Part shown: positions 1 to 10,180 of the stretch, in pieces
How the letters are laid out: the number at the start of each line of letters is the position of its first letter
How positions within the stretch are numbered: the stretch's first letter is position 1
Assembly (NCBI GenBank): GCA_004022145.1
Contig: RCNU01000042.1
Reading direction: 5' to 3' (one strand)
From: Paecilomyces variotii
Lineage: Eukaryota
Length of the DNA: 21,710 nt
Notes under the pieces: generated by a model
What the model was told of the DNA's origin: nothing
Databases searched by the model: none
What the model saw: the letters and a program-made list of their open reading frames with translations, nothing else
Program-made: the position numbers and the translations under genes

Positions 1-3000
1 AACTATTTATAAATAAAAAAAATTATAAGGAGATTATTATTAATATAGCCCTTTACTTTAAATATAAAAATATTTTAAAACTTAAGGGTAATTAGCTTTA
101 ATACTTTATTAAGTTACTTAATTTACCTCTACTTATTAATAAAAAGAATTTAAGTTTAATAATTAGCTATTATAGATTAAGAATAAGTTAAGAATAAATA
201 TTAATTACTATAAAAATAATTATCTTTATATTATATATATTTAGAGCCGCCTAGGTAAAAAGACTATAGCTTATATATTTTTAAGGTTTTATAAAGACTT
301 AAGCCTCTCTTTTTAAATAGCTAAGGAGATATTTAATTATTTTTAAGCTATATTTTATAATTTAAATTATTAATAAAATATAAAATACTAGTTTACTAAT
401 CTATATATAAAGATATATTAAAAATATAATAACTTTCTTATAGAATTTATAAGATTAATAGGTAAAATAAATATTTACCTTAATAACTACTAAACTAAGA
501 TATATAATAAGATTACTCTCTTTTTTAAAAGTCTTATTATTAGCTAATATTATTAAATTAAGGATTTTAATAATTTTAAAGATACTTATTATTAAGCTAC
601 TTATATCTTTTAAAAGAATAATAAAAATAACTATAAGGCTAATTAAAATAAGAACTTAAATACTAGAACTTTTTTTTAAATCTTATTTAATTAATCTAAT
701 AGCAGTTTCTCTACTCCTAGAATTAATATTAAATCTTTTATTATTAACTATAAGACTCTTATAAAAGAAGAGAAGTATTTTTTTTATAAAATAAAGAGAT
801 ACTTTATTACTAATTACTTATTAAAGAAAGTAATAATAAATATTAAAAACTTAGAAATTAAGATAAAGAAAAACAAATAGAACTTAAAAAAAACTAACTC
901 TTAAGCTAAAACTTTAATTTAGGGATTAATAAGGAATTAGTAGAAATTAATCTTAATTGCCTTTTAAAAGATAATTACCTTATTAAATTTAGCTTAATTT
1001 ATAAAAATAAATATAATATTAAGCTCTTTATCTTATTAGATTTTAGAATAAATAAGCTTTATTTCTTTAATAGTTTATTAATCCTATTAATTACTTAGTT
1101 CTTAAACGCCTCCCTAAAATCTCTATATTAATCTATATTTATTAATAGCTATAATAACTAAACTAGAGAATAAATAGATTATATTTTAATTACTAACTTA
1201 AAGATTAATAAGAGAATTTATTTAAACCTCTTTATACTAATTACTAACTTAAATTATTATAACTTAATCTTTAAATAAAAATAAATAGCTAAAAAGTTTA
1301 TCCTTTTAAATATTTAAAATTAATAGCTAATTTAGCTATATAGTAATCTATAAATTTATTAATTTAATAAGAACTAATCGCTATAAAAAAGATCTAATAA
1401 GGCTATTCTTAAATCTTAAATATTAATAAAATGCTAATAGAAGAGACCTATAAATAAAGAAATAAATCTAGATCTTAAAATAAGAAAATCCCCCTTACTA
1501 CTAGCTACTATAAACTAAATAAATTAATATCTAATTAGTTTTAAAAATATAATATAAATTAAAAGATTAAACTAATTGCTTATCTTCTATAATTATATAA
1601 TTATACCTTTTAAAGATAAATATTAAGATAATATTAAATATTATATATATAGGAGCTAAAAGATTCTAGTAAGCATTATATAAAAAGAATATAGAGGTCT
1701 TTATTATTAGCCTATATAAGATTAATAAGATTATTAAATAAAGGTTCTCTATAATATAAAAAAAGTAAAAACTTTTAAAACTAATTTATAAATATTTTCC
1801 TATAGTCTATAAAAACTTTTTTAATATTTTTTTTAAGTAAGTATTAAATAAATTACTTTTTTACTAGCCTTATAATTATAAAATAAAACTTAAAGAAGAG
1901 ATTTCTTTAAAATATTAACCCCTTTATAAATAATTACTAGAGAAACTATAAATACTTAAAGTATATTTAATTAATAATTTAAAGAAAGACTTTATTATAC
2001 CTAACTAGAAGTCTTTTACTTTATTTATTTTCTTTATAAAAAAGGCTAATAAAAGATTATAATTCTATATTAACTATTATTACCTAAATACTATTATAAA
2101 AAAAGATTAATATCTCTTATTATTAATTAATAAAACTTTAGCTAAAATTAGTTAAGCTAAGATCTTTATAAAACTAAATATTTAATAAGTATTTTATAAG
2201 ATTTAAATAGACCTTAGTTTAAAAGCTTTAATAACCTTTTATATAAGATATAGAACTTATAAATATTATATACTTCTCTTTAAGCTTACTAATAGACTAG
2301 CTATATCTAATAATATATAAATAATCTCTTTTTTAACCTGCTAAATAATTATATAAGTATTTATTTAAATAATATCTTAATTTATTTTAATAATAAGTAA
2401 GAGTATTAACTTTAAATAAAAGAGATATTATCTTATTTGTAAAAGGCTAGTCTATAAGCTAATATTAAGAAATATAAGTTCTATATAAAATAGATAAAAT
2501 ATTTTAGTTTTATTATTAGTATAAAAGGTATTAAAATTAATCTTAAGAAGGTTATTATTATTTAAGATTAAGAGCAGCCTAAAATAATCTATAAGGTCTA
2601 TTTATTTTTAAGTTTTTATAACTTCTATAGGAGGTTTATTAAAGACTATAATTATATTATAAGACTAATAATAAACTTAACTAAGGAGAATTACTTATTT
2701 AATTTTAATTAGAAGTATTATAAAGCTTTTAAAATATTAAAAAAGTATTTTTAATTAGTATTAATTCTATATAATTATAATCTTAATAAGAATATATATA
2801 TTAAGATAAATACTTTAAATAGTATTATAGCCGCTATACTTATTTAATAGATAGATAAATAAAATCCTTAGTATTTAATTACTTATTACTTAAAGATAAT
2901 AATACTAGTTAAATATAATTATTTAATTTATAATAAGGAGCTCCTAGCAATTATATAAGCTCTTAAGGAATAATATATAAAGCTTATAAGTTTATAAATA

Positions 3001-5062
3001 GATAAGCTATTTAATATCTTAATAAATTACTATACTCTTAAATATTTTATAACTATTAAAATATTAAATTTAAGATAAGCTTAATAAGTAGAATTTCTAT
3101 CTTATTATTATTTCTTAATTTAATATTACTCTAAAAAGCTAAATATTTTAGCTAATATTCTATTATAATAAAAAAGAAATATTTCCTAATAAAAAGAATA
3201 GATAAACTAATACTAGACTTAGCGCTTACTAGAGCTTAAAATCTTAGATAAATCAATCTAAAAGGAGTTAATAGAATAGAGAACTCTCTTAGCTTTAATA
3301 TTAACTAGAAAATTTACCTTAATAGATAGGATTTTTAGGGAAAATTATAAGAATATTAAACTAGTATTATTTTATAAAGACGCAGGCTAAAAAGGCTTAA
3401 TATATTAATTAATAAAAGAACTCTTATTATATAATAAATAATTAATTATCTTTAATTAAGAGAATTTATAAATATATCTTTTAAATAAAATCTATTATTA
3501 AATCTCTACTATTTATTCTAAATACTAAAAAATATAATAATTAATAAAGTCCCGCTATTACTAGCCCTAAATAATTAATTTTATTAATTAATATATTAAT
3601 AATTATTTAACCTGCTGCTAAACTAAGAATCTTTAAAACTTTTTATTAAAGTTACTTTAATTATTATCTATCTTTAAATAACTATAGTAATATCTCTTAA
3701 TAGATTTCTAATCTTTTTTAAAAGATAAATATAAGTATAATATAGTATTTATTATAGTTAACTATTTTAATAAATACTTTATTTTAATTCTTTATTATAA
3801 TATAGTAATAGTAAGAATTATAGCTAAAATTTTTTTAAATATATATATTATTATAAGGGCGCTCTTAATATAATAGTTTTTAATTAATAAACTTTTAAGA
3901 TAAATTCTATTTATTACTAGAAATAAAATTAAAGCTTTCTTTAACTATATACTTCTAGAGACTATAACTCTATATTAGCTATTATTAAGATAATTAATTA
4001 AACTACTTCTTAATAATTAATTTTATAGCAGTAATATTAACCTAAAAATTAATAAGAATATTCTTATTTACAGTTAAATATAGATATAAGCCTTATATCT
4101 TATTTAACTGGCGAATAGTACTGCAGTTAATCCTAATATTTAAAAAGGCTAATTAAGCTAAAGCTTAGCAATAGATACGCAGACTCTAATAGATTTAAAA
4201 GATAATAGAATTCTCTATTAAAAAGGCTTAAAAATAGTAAAAGAAATAAGTAAATAAATATTATTAAGAGATTAACTTTAATATTAGTAATAAGGTTCTT
4301 ATTAAACTTATAAATTAAATATTTAATTAATTCTTATAAAAGCTTAATAATTAAATAAAAAATCTCTTTAAAATTCTTAAAAAAATAAGAAATACTTAGA
4401 AGCTAAAGCTTCTTAATATTATAAAGATTTACTCTATATTTTCTCTAAATTACCTTTAATAGGCGCTAAATAATCTTATTCTATATTAAGTCTATAAAAA
4501 GCCTCTACTAATTTAAATCTAGGGTAAATTAAAATAAGAAGTTAATAAGATTCTAGCTATTTAGACTAAATATAAGTATTTATAATATTAAGCTACTTAA
4601 AAGAAGTATAATAAAGATAATATAGTATTCTGCTAAAAATTTTAAGAATTTACTATTAAAGGTTTAAGAGTTTTATAATAGATTCTCTAATAAACTTAAG
4701 CCGTTAGCTAATTTAAACTACTAGATTAATTATATTAATAAAAAGATTAATTTAGAGAAATAATAAGATAATAATTATTCTATTAATTTAAGGATAAATT
4801 AGCTTAAATAAAGAGATAATATTATAGCGCTATCTTAGCGCTAACTTAATAAAGAGATAAAGTAAGAAATCTGCTAATAAAACCCCTAACTACTTATATA
4901 ATTTAGAAGTAATTAAGAGATAAAGAATTCTATAAATAAAAGAATTAGAATTCTTTTTCTAAATTCTTTTCCTTTTCTCTCTTTAGCTTAAAGTTCTCTA
5001 TTATATTACTTTACTAGATTAAAAGTATTAATAAATTTAATTTAGTCTGCTTAAGCGTAATA
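1..5062 (+). mobile_element. RIP-inactivated Ty3/Gypsy chromovirus LTR retrotransposon (element 1; 5' end outside window)
   Basis: Motifs in Gypsy order after reverting C>T/G>A: gag CX2CX4HX4C knuckle 776-817; slippery AAAAAAC plus stop 888-897; protease LLD(S)(G) 1033-1047; RT Y-L-D-D-I-L-I-Y (tat tta aat aat atc tta att tat) 2362-2385; RNase H TDASD ~2806-2820 and YDKELLAI ~2929-2952; integrase PWQHLSMDF ~3681-3708; chromodomain WEVDKILA..YQATWKGY ~4535-4610; purine tract then LTR. All frames full of TAA/TAG stops. Confidence 0.93.
4820..5062 (+). repeat. 3' LTR of element 1 (~243 bp)
   Basis: Follows the purine tract aaataaagagataa (~4806-4819). Starts tattatagc (RIP form of TGTTAC..) and ends gcgtaata (RIP form of ..GTAACA), i.e. 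TG...CA inverted ends. Partner LTR not in window, so boundaries are inferred. Confidence 0.7.
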
Positions 5063-5985
5063 ATATAATAAGTCTTAGGCTATATTTTAATAATTCTTTA
5101 TATTAATTTTTAATATTACTTCTTAATATCTTTCTTCTTCTTAATATATTATTAGTTAAGCGACTTAAATTATAAAGAGTTAAAGTATAGAAATTTTTTA
5201 ATAAAGGTAATTAGTTAAACTAATTAAATAAAATATAAAATAAGAGATTAAAATATAAGCGAGTAATAATCTATATATAATAAGGTTAAAGATTAAGTTT
5301 TATAGTAGTTAGAATAAATTATTAATTTATTTAACTTTTATTTTTTAAGAGGTTTATTTATTTATTTATTTAATTTATTAAGTTATTAGAATAACTTAAT
5401 CTTAATAACTATATTATATAACTAGCTAATTTAACTATTATATATATCTAGTTATTTTATTATTTTTTCTCTAAGATTAAGTAAGTTTACTATAACTTTA
5501 GTTTATAATATATATTTAATAATATAATAATATTATTATTAATAAATAAGTTTATCTTTAGCTTATTTACTAAATATACTTTTATTATATTTTATAAGAT
5601 TACCTTTTTCCTTTAATTAATATAGAGAAGTTTAAAATAATATTAAACTAAATATAAGTAATAGTAAAATCTTTAATATTTAATTAATATATTAAAATAC
5701 TTATATATTCTAAAATATATACTCTATTAAGTATAGAATAAATTTATTTATAGTATTTATAATTAATAAAGTATATTTTAATTTAATATAGTTTAAGAAA
5801 TTATATTTAAATATTAGTCTTTATAAGATTTACTATATTATTTTAATTTATTAATAAATATTATAAAATAAAATGTTTTTAATACTATTAATAATAATAC
5901 TAAAGTTTATATTATATATTAAGTAAAGTAAATTACCTTAGTTAGCATAATTTAAAATATAGAACTATATTTTATAATGGCTATA
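5063..5985. other. AT-rich RIP-degraded sequence of unidentified origin
   Basis: TpA-rich and almost free of CpA/TpG like the flanking transposons; no motif I could decode. Confidence 0.5.
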
Positions 5986-6024
5986 ATAAAAAAAAAGAAA
6001 AAAAGGAAAAAAGGAAAAAAGAAA
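5986..6024. repeat. Polypurine (A/G) low-complexity tract at the RIP/GC-island boundary; T/C-rich 3' flank of the deaminase-like gene
   Basis: aaaaaaaaagaaaaaaaggaaaaaaggaaaaaagaaa ends 6 nt from the stop codon at 6031-6033. Confidence 0.8.
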
Positions 6025-6030
6025 CTGCCA

Positions 6031-7159
6031 CTAGGGTGGCGCCCCGGCTTGGCCGCTAGTACTTAAAAAGTTCTGAAGGTTCCCTCCGTATAGACGGATT
6101 AGCACCTGGCAGTTGGGGCAAGGGTCTCTAACCCTCGTCCAAGCAGAACCAGACAGATTATCTTCGTACTGTGCAGCTGTGGTAAAGTCTCGCTGCAAGG
6201 CTAAGCCATGGCAGGTTTCTCTAGTAGGATTGTGGCCCCTGCAACGGTCAGTCTATATCACTCAGGATGGAAGGGAATAGTCGCACTTGAGAAGTCTTAA
6301 AAAGGGGTATGTCTCCGCACAAGTACCAAATCTTTGCCTGTTGTATGCTTGGGGTCCCCTACGAGCAGGGGCATGCACGAAGTCGTATCCAGTCAATTTG
6401 AACGGTTCGTCGTTCAGAGGACGGAAGCGGGCCCGCCTCATAACATACAGCCAGGTGCCTGTCGAAGGTTTTGGCGCATCATACCCTGCCAAGTTTGAGC
6501 CCAGAAAAAACTCGTCGGCCTGGCCGCACCTCTGACGCCATGTACATTGGTACATGTACGGCGTTCGATCTCCAACTGCTGCGCACCATTTTCCGTATAC
6601 GGCCGTCAGAGGCAAGTAGAAATTCCGTTTGCTGGCTCCAGTCGGAGCGCCGCCAATCGTTGACAGAAATAGGCCGAGAAGGTCGAAGATGCCCCAGTAG
6701 TTTAGATTACTGTGAGCGTGGCCTCCGACTTTAAACTTCGAAACGATTACAGGCTGCCGTGATGGGGGCCACGCCGGATTCAACGTTCGGTGTATGTGCT
6801 GGTTTGGCGTCAGAGTAGCTGACGCGTAGTCTGGTCCGTTCGGCGATCTATAAATAGTTAAATACTATAATAACCAAGGAGTTCTGTAGCACGTATTGGA
6901 AATGCAGGACTGGGCCTATACCTTAATCGTAGGATCTCACGCCGAATCCGCTGCAACTCAGTTTGGACATTGGCCGGTACAGCATACGTTGCAGGGTTGC
7001 TGCAAACGTCCTGTAGGAAGGATTCGACCTGGGTATCTCTTTTAATTATTCTGCAGAATATGTCGATCCGAAGTCAGAACGTACCTGTCCAGCGTTGTAG
7101 CTGTAGGCAGCCCGGAGATCTAGCGTCCCGTTAAATGCACGGAGAATGTTCTCTGCCAT
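6031..7159 (-). CDS. Intact 4-exon gene, 316 aa, predicted zinc-dependent nucleotide/nucleic-acid deaminase-fold protein (CAE...PCxxC)
   Basis: Exons 7159-7085, 7028-6922, 6847-6287, 6238-6031 (951 nt, 316 aa + TAG). Introns: 7084-7029 (GTACGT..CAG, 56 nt), 6921-6848 (GTATAG..TTAAC..TAG, 74 nt), 6286-6239 (GTGCGA..CTGAC..CAG, 48 nt). All phases join with no stop: MAENILRAFNGTLDLRAAYSYNAGQ|VESFLQDVC...LRLR|SPNGPDY...FGTCAETYPFLRLLK|GHNPTRETCHGLAL...RDPCPNCQVLIRLYGGNLQNFLSTSGQAGAPP*. CAE at 6321-6313, PCPNC at 6123-6109. The listed ORF 6262-6783 is most of exon 3 read from a TTG and running into intron 3. Gene model well supported; function is motif-based. Confidence 0.88.
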
Positions 7160-7668
7160 ATCTATTGGGATATGCGGAGTTTTATCACTGATACTGCTTG
7201 ATATGGAAACAGCTTCGCAAGTCTTTTGTGCGACGTATTATTGTGAGTAGCAAGAGTATCGTGTGGATTACGCGAAGCACGTAGGAGTCAACAACTATTG
7301 GGGGGTGGGAAAAGAAAACTCCCACTTACAAAACTTTTCAAAAATGAAGTTTCCGACAGAGACTACTTCAAAGGAATACGCCTTCTGCAATCAGGCAAGT
7401 TCATATCGTATACAGAACAAGATGTTATGTTGAGCCAGTCAAGTAACTCTCCGATTATTCCGTTGATACTGAGCTAATGAGGGTAACTCAGCAATCTCCA
7501 ATTCCAAATCAAACAAGACGAAAGGCCACGAAGGACAAAGGAACTGAAGTACAACATTCTTCGAGCTAATCCTCTCCAATTTCATCAGATTAATGAGAGC
7601 TTGCGGTATTTTCAGCAGCGTTGATCCCAGTGTTCCCACCACCGTGGTTTCCGGAGGCAGTATTTGTA

Positions 7669-8065
7669 CTAGCACGCCTTCAACTTCAGTCCACAAGTAT
7701 CCGACTTGTACATTCTCTGCAAGATCTTGTTGAAATCCCGGCTTAACGTGATCTCGAAGACCTCACCAACTAGCTGACCCCATATGTAGAACTTGTCGCC
7801 GGACTTGAATAGGACGCTGCCACAGCCGATATGGGGCTTACTGCACATAATTGGCTGCGGATCAATTAGGCCGTGCTCTCTGGCCATCTCCTGTCCAGGG
7901 CTGTTTGCGTTACCCCAGACAAATCCAACATTGAGTTCTTTGGGATCGGTTGTCCAGTCTTCTGGTGGTTCAAACTAGTCAGAATCATACATCAGTGGGC
8001 CGTTTCATTCTTGGAATAGGGAAACAAGAAAAACGAGCACCAACGTTTCGAGGTACAGAAGCCAT
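7669..8065 (-). CDS. Intact 2-exon gene, 108 aa small protein of unknown function; possible SUKH/US22-like fold
   Basis: Exon 1 8065-8045 (MASVPRN), intron 8044-7975 (GTTGGT..CTGAT..TAG, 70 nt), exon 2 7974-7669 (FEPPEDWTTDPKELNVGFVWGNANSPGQEMAREHGLIDPQPIMCSKPHIGCGSVLFKSGDKFYIWGQLVGEVFEITLSRDFNKILQRMYKSDTCGLKLKAC*). Contains listed ORF 7669-7887. No signal peptide visible. Confidence 0.75.
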
Positions 8066-8490
8066 GACGGATTAAATGGACTTGCAGTTTAGCTTATGCA
8101 GCGGCTTATTTATTTGTTGATAGTCTCGAAGAACACAGCCAGAGAGTACGATTCTGTCTGGCGATGGAGGATAAGGCGATGAGGGCAGAGAGAGACAGGT
8201 GCCTGTGTGAGTGAGTGAGTGGAAAGACTTCATTGACATATTTGGCTGAGGGAGGTGATATATACCAGACCGCGCTAGACCAAATAGAGCTCCAAGCTTA
8301 AAGCTTCACTTCACTAAGTTATCGTTCTATCTGATTATATAATCCCAGATTTGTTTAGGTTGCCACCGACAGACACAGATAACCCTCTATATCTACCTAG
8401 GTACCTACTCTGCTATATCTTCAAGGAAAAGGAAAGCTCTGTAGTGTATTCAAATATACAGTTCATAGTCAACCGGACTTTTTTTATAAG
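8066..8490. promoter_or_regulatory. Probable divergent promoter / 5' UTR region between the 108-aa gene and the Zn2Cys6 gene
   Basis: Lies between head-to-head genes. Contains TATA-like words (8258-8264, 8336-8342) and a tract at ~8165-8225 that is CT-rich on the minus strand, as often found before fungal transcription starts. Positional inference only. Confidence 0.45.
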
Positions 8491-8564
8491 GTAAGTCTCC
8501 AAATTCTGACTCTTCGACCGATGTTTCTACCTCAGGCGACAATACCTAACCTACGCCAACTCAG
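8491..8564 (+). other. Spliceosomal intron in the 5' UTR of the Zn2Cys6 gene
   Basis: AG|GTAAGT donor at 8491, CTAAC branch site 8546-8550, CAG acceptor 8562-8564; 74 nt, consensus fungal signals. Confidence 0.65.
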
Positions 8565-8621
8565 CTGTTGGATTCGAGGACAGCCGTCGCCCAAGACAAC
8601 CATCTTCTTTTTATTCCAACC

Positions 8622-8807
8622 ATACCCGGTGTAGGTGATCGCAGCAAAGGTTGTAAAACCCGTCGAAATAAAAGAGCCAAATGCGGTATGGTTGGAGTCT
8701 AGTTACTTTGTTCACTCATGACCCCTAATAAATGCAAAATAGACAAGAAAATGCCATTCTGCGACCGCTGTCAGCGAGGTAATTTCCACTGTGTCGGCAA
8801 CAACTAG
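8622..8807 (+). pseudogene. Decayed Zn(II)2Cys6 (Gal4-type) transcription factor gene, N-terminal DNA-binding domain; remainder fades into RIP-mutated DNA (~8810-9900)
   Basis: Exon 8622-8685, intron 8686-8742 (GTATGG..CTAAT..TAG), exon 8743-8807 give [I]PGVGDRSKGCKT[R]RNKRAKC|DKKMPFCDRCQRGNFHCVGNN*, matching C-X2-C-X6-C-X6-C-X2-C-X6-C. Lesions: presumed start is ATA, second Cys position is CGT (8661-8663), TAG at 8805-8807. Confidence 0.85.
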
Positions 8808-9946
8808 CTACTCGCAAGATGGTTTACAATAGAATGCATTCTATTCTTCAAACATAATACCCGTAAGGATTTGTAAAATATTGGCGCGGCACAGAAGGCG
8901 CAGAAGAAAATAGCCGGAGGTTATCTTAGCATAGCTCAGACACTTGGCAAAGATTAGTTATTTAGGAGCTAACCTGAATTAGTATACATAATATAGTAAG
9001 AGCTACCTAATTCTTTGCGAAGTATTCCCTTTTCTTAGAATTACTATTAGCTTTTATTATAAGATTAAACCTTTTATATATACTTACTCTAATAAATTTT
9101 AGTATTAATAATTTAAAGATAATTATAAAGTAACTTATAAGTTAATATTATAGCCCTTAAGTACTTAAAAAGATAAATACTAAGCTAGTTATTACTAATT
9201 ATTTAAAATTCTTATTTAATAATAATAAGAGCTTAGAATTAATAACTTATTTTACTTATTAAATATATTAATTATTAATATAAATATTAATAATATATAA
9301 AATAAAGTTAAAATAGTTTTTTTAAGATTAAAGAAAGTCTTTATAAATAAGGTAAAGAAAAAAAATACTTTAATAATAAAATAGTAAGAAAATTATAATA
9401 TTATTAACTTAAATAATTATACTTTAATTAATTATAAAAGTAGTAATATTAAGTTATTATAATATTATATAAAGCTAGTTAATATTATAGTATTATAATA
9501 ACTTTCTTATTTTAAAGGTATAATAAAGTAAGCTTAATTAAATAAGTAAATAAGTTAAATAAAAATAAAGCTTAAAGATATAGTAAAGTAAGCTTTATAA
9601 TAATATTTAATATATACTTTAACTTTAATAACTTACTTAATAATTTTAATATAAAAGTTTAAAATTAATATTATTATAATATAATTTCTTAAAGCTAATA
9701 AAAATACTTAATTAAGAAATTATTTAAGAGTTTAATTAAGTTAAGTTATTTAATTACTACTTTATTAATTAAGCTAATTATTAATATAAGTAACTATTAT
9801 TAAAGCTTTAAGGTATTTATAATAAAATTCTTCTATATCTTTAATTCTACTAATTTATTAAATTTATAAATTTTTTACTTATTAAAGAAAAAGTAATAAA
9901 AAATAAAGAAAAGCTTTTATATATATAAATATTAAAGAGCTTAATA

Positions 9947-10007
9947 AGGGCTTATATCTTAGCTTAGCTAAGGCTAAGCTTAACTTACCCTAAAAGCTTA
10001 GCCTACC
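9947..10007 (+). repeat. RIP-mutated left terminal inverted repeat of the Mutator-like element
   Basis: 40/60 identical to 17304-17363; 19 of the 20 differences are C>T or G>A in the RIP direction. Confidence 0.88.
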
Positions 10008-10143
10008 TTAAAGCTTATCTTTAGCTAAGTTAAGCTTAATCTATCTTATATACAGATTAAGTATAAGCTAATTATATAATTAATATAAAATTAGCTTATT
10101 TAAGAATTAATAATAGTATTTATATAATAAAACTCTTTAAAAT

Positions 10144-10148
<5 letters not shown>

Positions 10149-10177
<29 letters not shown>
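10149..10177. repeat. (AT)n microsatellite, ~14 units
   Basis: Perfect atatat... run. Confidence 0.9.

Positions 10178-10180
<3 letters not shown>

Noticed and set aside
6021..6240. Several hairpins (gccac-tagg-gtggc, tccgt-atag-acgga, agggt-ctcta-accct), a hairpin+CTAG resembling a Helitron 3' end at 6056-6059, and GGCTAAG resembling an HDV-ribozyme J4/2
   Set aside because: No complete ribozyme or group I intron fold could be built and no Helitron coding relic was seen. The stretch is fully explained as minus-strand exon 4 encoding PCPNC.
6287..6734. Plus-strand ORFs 6287-6535 and 6471-6734
   Set aside because: Non-ATG starts, antisense to exon 3 of the deaminase-like gene, no recognisable motifs.
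7439..7696. Minus-strand 85-aa ORF
   Set aside because: TTG start, overlaps the end of the 108-aa gene in another frame, no motif or convincing splice link; probably 3' UTR/intergenic.
7793..7978. Plus-strand 61-aa ORF
   Set aside because: Non-ATG start and antisense shadow of the 108-aa gene.
8622..8807. Possibility that ATA and TAG in the TF gene are repaired by sexual-stage A-to-I mRNA editing
   Set aside because: Editing cannot restore the lost zinc-ligand Cys (CGT) or the downstream RIP damage; pseudogene is simpler.
5986..9946. Gene island as cargo of a Starship or other giant mobile element
   Set aside because: No tyrosine-recombinase captain gene, element boundary or target-site repeat visible in this window.
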